Positions 35,354-45,895 of a DNA stretch of 52,414 nucleotides are shown here, piece by piece (within the stretch, counting starts at the first letter, position 1; every line of letters starts with the position of its first letter). Under the pieces are notes generated by a model, which saw only the letters and a list, made by a program, of their open reading frames with translations, made no database searches and was not told the DNA's origin. The position numbers and the translations under genes were made by a program. The DNA is from a bacterium (GTDB lineage: Bacteria; JAJVIF01; JAGGVT01), in NCBI GenBank assembly GCA_021157815.1, contig JAGGVT010000156.1, forward strand, positions 1 to 52,414, in the 5' to 3' direction.

Positions 35354-36553
35354 ATGTTCAAAGATTACAAAGAGCATCTTCAAAAGGAACTGGAAGGCAT
35401 CCATTCAGCGGGATTGTACAAGGATGAAAGAGTCATCATGGGACCTCAATCTGCCGCAATCAAGGTTAAAACGGGAGAAGAAGTGCTCAACTTTTGCGCT
35501 AACAACTATCTTGGTTTGTCATCCCATCCGAAAGTCATAGAGGCAGCGCACAAAGGACTGGATGAATGGGGTTACGGGATGAGTTCGGTTCGCTTTATCT
35601 GCGGAACACAAGACATTCATAAAATCCTTGAAAAGAAAATTGCCGATTTCCTTGGAATGGAGGATTGTATTCTTTATTCCTCATGTTTTGACGCTAACGG
35701 TGGGTTGTTTGAAACGCTGCTTCCGGGACCGGAATATGCAATCATATCAGAGCAGTTGAATCACGCATCAATTATTGACGGCGTCCGACTGTGCAAGGCT
35801 GAACGCTATCGATATGAACATAACAACATGCGTAATCTGGAGGAAATTCTCCAGAAAACACAGGATAAAAAAGCAAGGTGTATCGCGACGGACGGCGTTT
35901 TCTCGATGGATGGAGACATTGCGAGACTCGATGAAATCTGCGAACTTGCTGACAAATACAACTCGATGGTAATGATTGATGACGCTCACGCGACAGGTTT
36001 CATGGGGAAGACGGGACGAGGCACGCATGAATATCGCGGCGTGATGGACAGGGTTGATATTATTACATCAACACTCGGCAAGGCAATGGGCGGCGCATCG
36101 GGCGGATTCACAGCCGCGCGCAAGGAAATCGTTGACATGCTGCGTCAGCGATCACGCCCATACCTGTTCTCGAATACAGTGCCGCCTCCGATTGTGGCAT
36201 CCGCAATCGCTGTTATCGACCTGCTCAGTGAAACAACAGAGCGCCGGGACAAGCTCGAAGCGAACACGAAATATTTCCGAAAGAAGATGACTGAAGCCGG
36301 ATTCGATATCAAACCGGGCGAGCATCCGATTGTTCCGATTATGCTTTATGATGCCAAGCTCAGCCAGGATTTCGCGCGCGACCTTCTTGATGAGGGTATC
36401 TACGTTATCGGATTCTATTATCCGGTGGTTCCGAAGGGGCAGGCGAGAATTCGAGTCCAGCTAAGCGCCGGCCATGACATGGAGCATCTCGACAGGGCAA
36501 TTGAGGCGTTCACTAAAATCGGCAAGAAGTACGATTGCCTTAAGAAGAACTAG
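35354..36553 (+). CDS. kbl: Glycine C-acetyltransferase (2-amino-3-ketobutyrate CoA ligase)
   Basis: [49 protein letters not shown] lysine, [11 protein letters not shown]; GGAGG RBS before ATG 35354. Confidence 0.93.
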   Translation: MFKDYKEHLQKELEGIHSAGLYKDERVIMGPQSAAIKVKTGEEVLNFCANNYLGLSSHPKVIEAAHKGLDEWGYGMSSVRFICGTQDIHKILEKKIADFLGMEDCILYSSCFDANGGLFETLLPGPEYAIISEQLNHASIIDGVRLCKAERYRYEHNNMRNLEEILQKTQDKKARCIATDGVFSMDGDIARLDEICELADKYNSMVMIDDAHATGFMGKTGRGTHEYRGVMDRVDIITSTLGKAMGGASGGFTAARKEIVDMLRQRSRPYLFSNTVPPPIVASAIAVIDLLSETTERRDKLEANTKYFRKKMTEAGFDIKPGEHPIVPIMLYDAKLSQDFARDLLDEGIYVIGFYYPVVPKGQARIRVQLSAGHDMEHLDRAIEAFTKIGKKYDCLKKN

Positions 36554-36615
36554 AATTTCCTATTAGAAATTTGCAGATATTATAAAGCAGAGGGTTAAAA
36601 CCCTCTGCAATACAT

Positions 36616-36641
36616 AACCGGACATAATGTCCGGTTTTTTT
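36616..36641 (+). terminator. Rho-independent terminator after kbl
   Basis: AACCGGACAT-A-ATGTCCGGTT plus T-run. Confidence 0.6.
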
Positions 36642-36642
36642 G

Positions 36643-36755
36643 CCCCACCCCAACCCTCCCCACAAGTGGGGAGGGAGCAGATTGTTTACCCCTACTTGGT
36701 GGGGGGATTAGGGTGGACAATTGTTTCCACCTGCTTCGTGGGAATGAGGGTGGGT
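36643..36755. repeat. C/G-rich REP-like palindromic element
   Basis: CCCCACCCCAACCCTCCCCACAAGTGGGGAGGG followed by degenerate inverted copies (...GGGGGATTAGGGTGG, ...GAGGGTGGG). Confidence 0.55.
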
Positions 36756-36763
36756 GATGTATA

Positions 36764-37594
36764 ATGTTAATAATGAACAGCAGCATCCCTAGAATATTCA
36801 CGCCAATTCTATTCCTTCTTGTACTCGCGACCAATTCCGCGGGACAAAGCAACCATCCGGATTCCGTTGCGATGATTCCCTGTGTCGATGATTATATCCG
36901 CATCCAGTTAAAAGACGATTCGTTTGCCGATTATGTTCGCCATCTCCCTTTGAAGGAAATCGGCTCGCCTGTGAAATCGTGGAGCGGCAGCATTATTCAT
37001 GAAGGCGATGAGATTCATGCCGTAATTGATTGGCAGTTGCCGCATAAAGTGCAGCAATGTGCGGATGTCGCGATTCGTCTTCGTGCTGAATATCTGAGTG
37101 AACACGGTCAGATTGAAAAAATCAAATTCAAATCACTCAGTGGGAACAGCATTGAATATTCGAAATGGCTTCATGGGCGATATGCTCTGAACAGTGCGGG
37201 GAGCAAAATTGAATATCGCAAATCGCAACGGGGCAGGCGGGATACGGATGAGGAATTCGAGAAATATCTGCGTTTCGTTATGACCTACGCGAACAGTTCA
37301 TCTCTGGCACGTGATTTGAAAACCGTTGGGGAATCCGGATTGCTGCCGGGTGATATTTATATCCAGCCTGACCCATCCGGGCGTGGCGGAATCGGGCATG
37401 TGTCTGTAATTCTGGATGTATGCGAAAACACACATGGCGAGCGCCTTTATCTTTTCGGTTACGGCTTCATCCCCGCACAGGATTTTCATTTGCCGCTGCC
37501 GGAGACGGGTCAGGGAATCGGGAAATGGTTCACTCTCGATGGATACAGGGATTTCATCGCGATGTTCGGAGACGGTGATTTCCACCGGCTTTAG
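36764..37594 (+). CDS. Exported DUF4846-like protein
   Basis: Signal peptide; SFADYVRHLPLK, QQCADVAIRLRAEYL, YANSSSL, PGDIYI, GHVSVILDV, PAQDFH motifs. Confidence 0.7.
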   Translation: MLIMNSSIPRIFTPILFLLVLATNSAGQSNHPDSVAMIPCVDDYIRIQLKDDSFADYVRHLPLKEIGSPVKSWSGSIIHEGDEIHAVIDWQLPHKVQQCADVAIRLRAEYLSEHGQIEKIKFKSLSGNSIEYSKWLHGRYALNSAGSKIEYRKSQRGRRDTDEEFEKYLRFVMTYANSSSLARDLKTVGESGLLPGDIYIQPDPSGRGGIGHVSVILDVCENTHGERLYLFGYGFIPAQDFHLPLPETGQGIGKWFTLDGYRDFIAMFGDGDFHRL

Positions 37595-37596
37595 GG

Positions 37597-37693
37597 AAAT
37601 AGGGACAGTTACCTGTTTTATAATCCGCATGGTTAAGGCAAAGTCAATCGCCAGTGTTTATCGGCGACATAAAATAGGTAACTGTCCCTATTT
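37597..37693. repeat. 25-bp inverted repeat (GGGACAG family)
   Basis: AAATAGGGACAGTTACCTGTTTTAT / ATAAAATAGGTAACTGTCCCTATTT (24/25). Confidence 0.8.
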
Positions 37694-37768
37694 TTCCCCG
37701 TTGCTTTTAACATAAATAATATATAGACTGTTCAATCGAATCCCAAAAGCGTCTGGTGATTTAAAACC

Positions 37769-38590
37769 ATGATTGAGCCATGTTATCAATTCCCAAATGA
37801 CCCCGCTGAAATTCTTGAGTTTCTGGAATTGGAATCTCCCGCATGGAAATTTGAATTTGAGTCGGAACATTCATCCACGCAGATACTCGCGAAAGACGCT
37901 TTCAAAAGTGGGTTAAGAGATAGAACTGTTTTTTTCGTAAGGAGCCAGACAGCCGGACGCGGGAGGAAAGATCGATCATGGCTGAGCTCCAGCGAGGGGT
38001 TTGATCTTGCGATGACGCTTCTAATCCCGGTATCCGTGCAATTAAAAAACGTCGCGATTATGAGCCTTGCCGGTGGGATATCGACAGCGGAGGCTCTTCG
38101 CGAAATAACAGGCAAAGACTTTCGTGTTAAATGGCCCAACGACATTTGTTTCCAGAATTCAAAAGTGTGCGGGATTCTCTCAGAACTTCTGATTAACCAG
38201 GATGATCGTGCTGTGGCAATGGGGATTGGAATTAATGTCAATTCCAAAGCGGATGATTTCCCGCAGGATGAATTTATGTATGCAGTCAATACTGTTTCAT
38301 CGATTGCGGGATGTGAAATTGATCTGGCGGATTTGACGGTTGAGATATTAAGGCGCATTGATGATAACGTTACGCATCTTGAAAATAATGCTGTGGATAA
38401 AGTTCTTGTGAAGTGGGATTCAATTGGCTGGATGACGAGACGGAAAATCAGGTTTCGTGAAATATCTGGAGAGTGGGAGCGAGGCATTGCCATTGGGATT
38501 TCAGGGGATGGTCACCTGGTTATCAGGGATATTGAGAGCGATGCGGTCAGGACATTGATTGAGGGGGATGTAATCCCGGATGATAAATAA
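37769..38590 (+). CDS. birA: Biotin--[acetyl-CoA-carboxylase] ligase (class I, no HTH)
   Basis: SSTQ, QTAGRGRKDRSW, VKWPND, KVCGIL, GIGINV. Confidence 0.9.
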   Translation: MIEPCYQFPNDPAEILEFLELESPAWKFEFESEHSSTQILAKDAFKSGLRDRTVFFVRSQTAGRGRKDRSWLSSSEGFDLAMTLLIPVSVQLKNVAIMSLAGGISTAEALREITGKDFRVKWPNDICFQNSKVCGILSELLINQDDRAVAMGIGINVNSKADDFPQDEFMYAVNTVSSIAGCEIDLADLTVEILRRIDDNVTHLENNAVDKVLVKWDSIGWMTRRKIRFREISGEWERGIAIGISGDGHLVIRDIESDAVRTLIEGDVIPDDK

Positions 38591-38646
38591 GATGATAAAT
38601 AAATAGAAATATTGTTGTTTTGTGGCGTTTGCAGTATAATGAAAGT

Positions 38647-38828
38647 GTAACCCGATTTTTTACGATGACCTCGGGGTGGCGGTAAGGATAGAGTTACTCC
38701 TCTCTTTTGTATTTTCCTCTTTGCAAATCTTTCCGCTTCGGAAGCCCCACCCCGGGGAGAGAGATTAATTTCCTTCACATAGTGAGGAATCGATATAAAG
38801 AGCTCGGTTTCGAGCTCTTTTATTATTT
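38647..38828 (+). ncRNA. Candidate small RNA (unassigned family)
   Basis: TTGTTG-N17-TATAAT promoter (38612-38640), 11-bp GC stem 38669-38679/38747-38757, terminator 38797-38830, no + strand ORF in the track. Confidence 0.4.
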
Positions 38829-38830
38829 TT
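38797..38830 (+). terminator. Rho-independent terminator
   Basis: AAAGAGCTCG-GTTT-CGAGCTCTTT-TATTATTTTT. Confidence 0.8.
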
Positions 38831-38843
38831 TACACTGAAATAA

Positions 38844-38872
38844 TTGCCATTGGCCTGATTAAATCTTATAAT
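38844..38872 (+). promoter_or_regulatory. Sigma70-type promoter for dnaE
   Basis: TTGCCA-N17-TATAAT. Confidence 0.6.
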
Positions 38873-38909
38873 TCAGATAGTATCAAATTATTTTCAGAAA
38901 AGGTGAATT

Positions 38910-41900
38910 ATGCCCGGGCGGGGATTCAGCCATCTTCATGTTCACAGCGAGTATTCCATTCTCGACGGTTTAATCCGTATCGAGGAGTTGATAGCATGGA
39001 CAAAGGAACATGGCAAGGATTATGTGGCGCTTACAGACCACGGCAATATGTATGGAGCCGTGCATTTTTTCAAAGCCGCCAAAGAGGCTGGATTGAAGCC
39101 CATTATCGGAATTGAGGCTTATATCTCACCGACAAACAGGTTTGATAAGGAACTTGCGCAGGCGGATGCCAGCAATCATATTGTCCTTTACGTGGCTGAT
39201 TCCGTTGGTTATAAAAATCTAATGAAGTTAACGACCCTGTCATTTCAAGAGGGTTTTTTCTACAAACCGCGAATCGACCTTGAACTGCTTCGAGAGTATA
39301 ACGAGGGGATTATCGCGACAACCGCTTGCCTGAAGGGAAGAGTCAACCAACTGTTCAGGAGGGGGCATCCTGAAGATGCGCGAAAAGTATTCGAGGAATA
39401 TCTTGATATCTTTGGCAAAGACAGGCTTTTCATTGAGTACATGAATAACGGCATGCCTGAACAGGTTCAGCTAAAACCATATCTTGAGAAGCTCAGCGAT
39501 GACTATGGGATTCCGATTATCGCCACCAATGACGCGCATTATGTGAAACTGTCCGATGCGCCTTATCAGGATGTCATGTTGTGTATCCAGACGAAAGCCA
39601 AACTTAAGGATACCGACCGCATGAGATTCCCCACTAACCAGTTCTACCTGAAAACCCAAGATGAAATGCTCGATGCCATGGATGGCAACTCACAGTGGCT
39701 TGAGAATTGCGACCTTGTCGCGAAGATGGTTGATTTCGAAATGGAGCTTGGCACTTTCCACTTTCCGAATTTCGAAACACCGGATGGTTCCACATCGGAA
39801 GAGTATCTTGCGAAAATTTCGCATGAGGGTTTGAAAAACAGGTTTCAGGGAAAGGAGGTTTCCGAGGAGTATTCATCAAGGCTTGATTATGAAATTGGAT
39901 GGATAAACAAACTCAGTTTCGCCCCATATTTTCTAATCATAGATGATTTTGTTCGATACGCTATTAAGAAAGGAATCAGCAAAGGTCCCGGTCGCGGCTC
40001 GGGCGCTGGTAGTCTGGTTAGCTATGCGCTGGGCATTACGGATGTTGACCCGATTAAATTTGATCTGCTGTTCGAGAGGTTCATCAATCCGGCAAGGAAG
40101 AGCATGCCGGACATGGACCTCGATTTCGACCCGATAAGGCGTGAGGAAGTAATTGATTACGTAAGGGAAAAATACAATTCCGAATATGTCTGCAACATCA
40201 TTACATTCAACCGGATGAAAGCGCGAGCGGCGATTCGAGACAGCGCCAGGATTCTTGATATTCCAATCCCCATGTCTGACAGGATTGCCAAAATGATTCC
40301 GATGGGAAATACCATCAGTGAAGCGATGGAAGAAACCCCGGAACTCGCAAACCTGTACAAAAATGACAACACGGTTCGATGGTGGATTGATACCGCGATG
40401 GCTATTGAGGGATTGATTCGAAATGAGGGAGTTCATCCGGCGGGGATTGTTATCGCGAACAAACCGGTTGTCGAATATGCCCCACTGATGGTGTCACGTC
40501 GAGACAACCTTATGGTCTGCCAATACCCGATGAAGGATGTCGATGCGATTGGGCTGATAAAAATGGATTTTCTTGGCCTTCGAACGCTTACATACATGGA
40601 GGATTGTATAAACCTTGTAAAAGAAACAAAGGGAATTGAGATTAAGCCGATGGAGATTCCCCTTGATGATGCCAATACATACAGCCTGCTTTGCGAAGCC
40701 AACACCCTGGGCGTATTCCAGCTGGAAAGTTCCGGAATGAGAAGTTTGATGATGGATATTCGACCTGACTGGATAGGGGACGTTATCGCGCTTATCGCTT
40801 TGTATCGCCCGGGGCCAATCAAGCGCGCGCCAAGATTCGCGGCTCGCAAGCACAAGCGGGAAAAAATTTATTACGCTCATCCCGAACTTCAACCGATTCT
40901 TGAAGAGACCTACGGCGTTATCACATACCAGGAACAGATTACGATGATCCTGGTTAAACTGGCTGGAATTCAACTTACGGACGCTGTCAGCATTATCAAG
41001 ATTATATCCAAGAAACGCAGCGCTGATGAGATTAACCAGTACAGAGATGAATTTGTTCAGGGCACAATCGCCAAGGGGATTGCCCCCGGAATCGCTAATG
41101 AGGTTTTCAGTGACATTGTCGAGTTTGCCGGATATGGTTTTAACAAGTCGCATTCCGCCGCTTACGGCCTGCTTGCGTACTGGACAGCGTATCTTAAAGC
41201 CAACTACCCGTTGGAATTTTACTGCTCGTTTCTCTCATCGGAGATGCAAGATACGGATAAAATCGCCCAGATACTTGGTGAGATTCAAAGGAGGAAGATT
41301 GAGATCTTTCCACCTGATGTGAATACATCATTTGACAAATTCACGGTTGAGAATGAAGGAATCAGATTCGGCCTTGTCGCAATCAAGGGAGTCGGCGAAC
41401 AGGCGGCGGTGGAGATTATGAAAGCACGCGGCAAGGGTGGGGAATTCGCAAGTTTACTGGATTTCACAAAACGCGTGGACCTTCACCTGGCAAACAAGGG
41501 AGCCATTGAAAACCTGATTAAAGCAAGCGCGATGGACAGCCTTCCCGGACACCGCGCGCAAAAATGTGAAGCTCTGAATAGAGCTATCGACATTGGAAAA
41601 CGAACTCAGGAGGATAAAACAAGAGGACAGGAACAGCTGTTTAATATGTCGAGTACTGCGGATGATGACGGCATGAGCACCCTTATGAATATCCAGGAGT
41701 TTTCCGAACAGCAGATGCTTCGAATGGAAAAGAAACTAACCGGTTTCTATCTGACAGGACATCCGCTTGAACGGTATAGAAAGAGGCTTGAGAAGGCGAT
41801 TACGCATAATATTGACGAACTCAATAAACTGGAGGACGATACTGAAGTCACGATTGGAGGGCTGGTTTCACATCTGGAGTTTAAAACCTCACAGAATAAT

Positions 41901-42482
41901 GAGGATTATGCAATCATGTCGCTGGAGGATTTTACAGCTTCAACTCAGGTGATGGTGTTTGAAAGCAAACTGGAAAAGGTGAGAAAGGACCTTATCCCTG
42001 AGGCGGTATTGCGAGTGAAGGGAATTGTTCGCAGCGAGACAAGGGAAACTCAATCTGACAGCGGGGACGCAATTGAAACAAGGCAGGTCAAACTGTTTCT
42101 TAACTCGTTGAAGAGGTATTCAAAAGATACAGTGGAAATCGATGAATCCGACCGGCAGGATATTGGCGTGGCGACGGTATCCCACAAGGTTGACAAGTGC
42201 GAAACCATGGAACTCGGTTATTCATCAGATGAATCAATGCCAACTGTAAAATATGCTGAACTGACATTTATTCTTCCCATGGAGACTGAGAAACTCAGGG
42301 AAGTGGGTACGCGTGTCAGAAATGTTGTTAATGAACATGAGGGCGAAACCAGATTAAACGTGTATTTCAAATTAAACGGCGGACGATTCAGGATTGACCT
42401 TGGCCTGGACAGCGGTTGTGATTATTCCAAAGTAAGGGAAATAATCAGAAAGGAACTGAATGGCGCGAGATTTAATCCGTAA
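38910..42482 (+). CDS. dnaE: DNA polymerase III alpha subunit
   Basis: PHP domain HLHVHSEYS/TDHG, GRGSGAGS, MPDMDLDF, KMDFLGL, YGFNKSH, C-terminal OB fold. Confidence 0.97.
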   Translation: MPGRGFSHLHVHSEYSILDGLIRIEELIAWTKEHGKDYVALTDHGNMYGAVHFFKAAKEAGLKPIIGIEAYISPTNRFDKELAQADASNHIVLYVADSVGYKNLMKLTTLSFQEGFFYKPRIDLELLREYNEGIIATTACLKGRVNQLFRRGHPEDARKVFEEYLDIFGKDRLFIEYMNNGMPEQVQLKPYLEKLSDDYGIPIIATNDAHYVKLSDAPYQDVMLCIQTKAKLKDTDRMRFPTNQFYLKTQDEMLDAMDGNSQWLENCDLVAKMVDFEMELGTFHFPNFETPDGSTSEEYLAKISHEGLKNRFQGKEVSEEYSSRLDYEIGWINKLSFAPYFLIIDDFVRYAIKKGISKGPGRGSGAGSLVSYALGITDVDPIKFDLLFERFINPARKSMPDMDLDFDPIRREEVIDYVREKYNSEYVCNIITFNRMKARAAIRDSARILDIPIPMSDRIAKMIPMGNTISEAMEETPELANLYKNDNTVRWWIDTAMAIEGLIRNEGVHPAGIVIANKPVVEYAPLMVSRRDNLMVCQYPMKDVDAIGLIKMDFLGLRTLTYMEDCINLVKETKGIEIKPMEIPLDDANTYSLLCEANTLGVFQLESSGMRSLMMDIRPDWIGDVIALIALYRPGPIKRAPRFAARKHKREKIYYAHPELQPILEETYGVITYQEQITMILVKLAGIQLTDAVSIIKIISKKRSADEINQYRDEFVQGTIAKGIAPGIANEVFSDIVEFAGYGFNKSHSAAYGLLAYWTAYLKANYPLEFYCSFLSSEMQDTDKIAQILGEIQRRKIEIFPPDVNTSFDKFTVENEGIRFGLVAIKGVGEQAAVEIMKARGKGGEFASLLDFTKRVDLHLANKGAIENLIKASAMDSLPGHRAQKCEALNRAIDIGKRTQEDKTRGQEQLFNMSSTADDDGMSTLMNIQEFSEQQMLRMEKKLTGFYLTGHPLERYRKRLEKAITHNIDELNKLEDDTEVTIGGLVSHLEFKTSQNNEDYAIMSLEDFTASTQVMVFESKLEKVRKDLIPEAVLRVKGIVRSETRETQSDSGDAIETRQVKLFLNSLKRYSKDTVEIDESDRQDIGVATVSHKVDKCETMELGYSSDESMPTVKYAELTFILPMETEKLREVGTRVRNVVNEHEGETRLNVYFKLNGGRFRIDLGLDSGCDYSKVREIIRKELNGARFNP

Positions 42483-42595
42483 AAGAAAAAAAATAATATG
42501 AACATTTGTCTGGTAATTTAGTTGTAATGTGTTTATAATATTAAGTCATATCAACAGAAAACCAACAGGATTTCACATCCTGAAAGGAGACAGTT

Positions 42596-43087
42596 ATGTC
42601 AGGAGTAAACAAAGTTATTTTAGTCGGCAATCTTGGTGCGAAACCCGAGGCAACGTTCACAAAATCCGGTATTCCTATGACGAAATTTCGTATTGCTACA
42701 ACTGAATGGATTGGCAAGGATGAGAGCGGGAATAAAAAGGAACACACCGAATGGCACAGAATAGTTACATGGCGAGGACTTGCTGAAGTCTGCGACAAGT
42801 ATCTTGATAAAGGCACGAAAGTCTATATCGAGGGAAAGATTCGAACAAACAAATGGACCGGGGATGATAATGTAACGCGTTACACTACAGAAATCATAGC
42901 TGATAATATGGTTATTCTAACGCCAAAGGGAACACGTGAATCTGTTCCTGAAATGGAAGTTGACGCACCCGGCGTATACCCGTCATCGTCGGGAACATCA
43001 TTTCCACCCAAGGATTCCGGTACAGGCGGGGGCGCAACCAATGTCGATCTGGATAAAGACGAAGACCTCGACAATACGTTTTTATAA
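42596..43087 (+). CDS. ssb: Single-stranded DNA-binding protein
   Basis: VNKVILVGNLG, TEWHRIV, KGTKVYIEGK, acidic tail. Confidence 0.95.
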   Translation: MSGVNKVILVGNLGAKPEATFTKSGIPMTKFRIATTEWIGKDESGNKKEHTEWHRIVTWRGLAEVCDKYLDKGTKVYIEGKIRTNKWTGDDNVTRYTTEIIADNMVILTPKGTRESVPEMEVDAPGVYPSSSGTSFPPKDSGTGGGATNVDLDKDEDLDNTFL

Positions 43088-43124
43088 TTTGGATTTGTTG
43101 GCAGTTAAAATGAGTCAGTGGTGA

Positions 43125-44120
43125 TTATGTAATCATCTCGGTTTCGCCGCGCGCGATAATGATTTCGCCGGCATCCTCGAGTGATCGAATCACCTTGACA
43201 ATGCGTTGCTGTCCCGCCTCGACATCTTTAAGGCGCACCGGACCCATGAATTCCATGTCCTCTTTGAGCATTTCAGCGGCGCGTTTTGACAGGTTGCCAA
43301 GAATCTTGCTCTGAACTTCCTCAGCGACTCCCTTGAGCGCGAGTGAAAGTTCTTTGGTGTCAATCTCTCTAAGAACCTGCTGTATTGAACGGTCATCAAG
43401 AGTAACAATATCCTCGAAAACAAACATCTTGTTTTTAATCTCAGCGGCGAGGTCTGCATCTTCTTTTTCGATGTTCTCGAGGATTGACTTTTCCGTGCTT
43501 CTGTCCACATTGCTGAGGATTTGGACAACTGATTCCACGCCGCCAGCCTGTGTCATTTCCTGGCTCATGACACTTGACAGATTTTTTTCAAGAACATGTT
43601 CAACCTCGCGAATGACTTCCGGAGATGTTCTATCCATCAGAGCGATTCGACGGGTTACATCAGTTTGTATTTTTGGTGTAAGTTGGGAGATGACCATTGA
43701 TGACTGGGCTGGTCGAAGATATGCCAGCACCAGCGCTATGGTTTGCGGATGCTCGTTTCGAAGGAAATTCGCCAGGTTGGACGAGTCGGTTCTTCGGATG
43801 AAATCAAAAGGTGTAACCTGCAGGAATGTGCTCAGTTTATGCACTACCTCATCAGCTCTGTCAGCGCCCAGAGATTTTTCAAGGAGTTCCCGGGCGTAAT
43901 CCACACCGCCTTCAGTGATATATTTCTCCGCGATCACAGTTTGGTAGAAATCCTCGAAGACCTCGTCAAACGCGTCACTCTCAACCTTCCCGATATTGGC
44001 GATCTGCATCGTGAGATCCTCAATCTCGCTATCGACAAGGTGAGGATATACGCTGGCTGCTATCTCCTCGCCGAGAGCAATCATGAAAAGAGCCGCTTTC
44101 TGTCCACCGGTTAATGCCAT
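43125..44120 (-). CDS. fliG: Flagellar motor switch protein FliG
   Basis: QKAA, EHPQTIAL, GGVES, MFVFEDI, GPVRLKDVE. Confidence 0.97.
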   Translation of the reverse strand: MALTGGQKAALFMIALGEEIAASVYPHLVDSEIEDLTMQIANIGKVESDAFDEVFEDFYQTVIAEKYITEGGVDYARELLEKSLGADRADEVVHKLSTFLQVTPFDFIRRTDSSNLANFLRNEHPQTIALVLAYLRPAQSSMVISQLTPKIQTDVTRRIALMDRTSPEVIREVEHVLEKNLSSVMSQEMTQAGGVESVVQILSNVDRSTEKSILENIEKEDADLAAEIKNKMFVFEDIVTLDDRSIQQVLREIDTKELSLALKGVAEEVQSKILGNLSKRAAEMLKEDMEFMGPVRLKDVEAGQQRIVKVIRSLEDAGEIIIARGETEMIT

Positions 44121-44171
44121 AAGTTCAGATTTAATTATACCGTAGTTTGGATATTTTATAAATATCCAGTT

Positions 44172-45755
44172 TTATTCTTTTAGCCACGTCTTGAGCACTC
44201 GCGCGGCTTCTTCCGGATTCTCCTTCGCGATTCTCACAACTTCCTCCCGCAACTTGGCAGTAACAGCATCCGGGCCTTGCGCTGAAAAAATATCCGGATC
44301 AACTGCCCCGATCGTCTCTGCTGCAAGTTCACCAGACTCAAGCCCTGGCAATGAAGCTGCAACGGGCAGTTTGATTGGCTTCATGAGTTTGAACAGAGTG
44401 AATCCAAGCAATACTGCTGTAAGTATTAAAAGACCATAAGTGATATTCTGTTTTTGAGATGCCGCTGCGATGGTTTTCGCTCGCGCTTCTTCCATTTCCT
44501 TCTGGAATGTCGTATCGAATATCTGCGCGGAGACTGTCAGTGTGTCTCCACGTGTTTTATCGAAATTGACAGCGTTCCGGACAAGATTTTCCAAACTTGT
44601 TTTTTCGGACGGTTCCAGTTTCTCAGCGTTAAGAAGAACAGAGACACTCAGGCGTTTTATCGCTCCCTGGGCGAATAATGTTTTTGTCAGTTTTTCGTTT
44701 ACTTCGTAATTTCTGGTTTCCGAAGTTTCATCCGATTTGCTGGATGTTTCCTGAGTGTTGGATGCTGCCTGGTATGATGGCAGGTTCGCTGTAGCTCCGG
44801 CGACACCGCCACCGCTTGCAGGTGAATTTCGTGTTGATATTTCAGATATCTCATGGCTTCGCAGTATTCCGGTATCGGTTCCGGCGATTGGATCGTATTC
44901 GGTTTTTTGTTCCTCAACCTTGTCGAAATCGAGATCAGCGCTGACAGCAATCGTGATGTTGCCCATGCCATACGCCGGTTCAAGCACCATTTTGATCTTT
45001 CTCTTCAGTGATTCCTCGAACTGCCTTAGATAGCTCTGTTGATTGGGAAGCGGCTGCAGGTCATATCCATCTGCCATTGAACCACCAGCCAGCATGTTCG
45101 CTTTGTCATCCATTACTGTGACATTGGATGAGTCCAGTCCGGGAACAGCGCTGGCGACAAGGGCTGAAATAGCAGCCATTTTTGACGACTTAATCTTCAT
45201 GGCTCCCTGCAGTTTAAGCACGACAGACGCGGTTGGTTCCTGCTGGTCCTCCATGAAGGGTGTTGGATCCGGTATAACCAGATGGACACGCGCGAATTCA
45301 ACCTCTTCAAGGCTGATGAGAGTTCTGGCAAGTTCGCCCTCAAGCGCGCGCTTGTAATCCACCTGCTGCTGGAACGATGACAGTGTCATCCGGTTCTTGT
45401 CGAAGAGTTCATATCCTGTTTGCGCGGATGGCAGAAATCCTTTTCCAGCGAGTGCGATTCGCATTCTGTCGCGATCTACCAGGGGAACATGAATATCCTT
45501 GCCACCGGCACGAACTTTGTAGGTGATATTTTGGGCATCCAGTTCCTGGATTATTTCAGAGGCATCTTTCAAATCCAGTCCGCCGTACAGAAGAACATAA
45601 TCGGGTTTGAATGCGTAAGTGACCAACAGAAAGATTCCAACCACAACCAGTATCAGAGCGCTGCTGATTATGATTTTCGAATTCAGATCAAGCGAATTGA
45701 ACATGTTCTTGATCTGGTCGATTCCTGTTGCTTGTGTTTCGTTTTCCGGTTCCAT
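44172..45755 (-). CDS. fliF: Flagellar M-ring protein FliF
   Basis: GYELFD, RALEGELARTL, ARVHLVIP, PTASVVL, NYEV, RLSVSVL, RGDTL; GGGGA RBS before ATG 45755. Confidence 0.95.
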   Translation of the reverse strand: MEPENETQATGIDQIKNMFNSLDLNSKIIISSALILVVVGIFLLVTYAFKPDYVLLYGGLDLKDASEIIQELDAQNITYKVRAGGKDIHVPLVDRDRMRIALAGKGFLPSAQTGYELFDKNRMTLSSFQQQVDYKRALEGELARTLISLEEVEFARVHLVIPDPTPFMEDQQEPTASVVLKLQGAMKIKSSKMAAISALVASAVPGLDSSNVTVMDDKANMLAGGSMADGYDLQPLPNQQSYLRQFEESLKRKIKMVLEPAYGMGNITIAVSADLDFDKVEEQKTEYDPIAGTDTGILRSHEISEISTRNSPASGGGVAGATANLPSYQAASNTQETSSKSDETSETRNYEVNEKLTKTLFAQGAIKRLSVSVLLNAEKLEPSEKTSLENLVRNAVNFDKTRGDTLTVSAQIFDTTFQKEMEEARAKTIAAASQKQNITYGLLILTAVLLGFTLFKLMKPIKLPVAASLPGLESGELAAETIGAVDPDIFSAQGPDAVTAKLREEVVRIAKENPEEAARVLKTWLKE

Positions 45756-45895
45756 GACTATCCCCAGTCTTGAAAAAGTTTTGAAATGCAAATTTCGCGT
45801 CCCGGATGTTACCTTGTTTTAAGAACATTCAAGAAGCGATTCCAACGTATGTATTTATAAATCTACCCCTAACCTAAAAGCCCCCTCTGCTTTTA

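Noticed and set aside
35354-36553. Serine palmitoyltransferase or BioF (given the nearby birA)
   Set aside because: [17 protein letters not shown] and [11 protein letters not shown] are characteristic of Kbl
38579-38602. 12-bp tandem duplication GATGATAAATAA at the birA stop
   Set aside because: Trivial slippage; no evidence of an insertion between the copies
38910-42482. Intein in DnaE
   Set aside because: Normal length, contiguous motifs and no intein splice-junction signature seen
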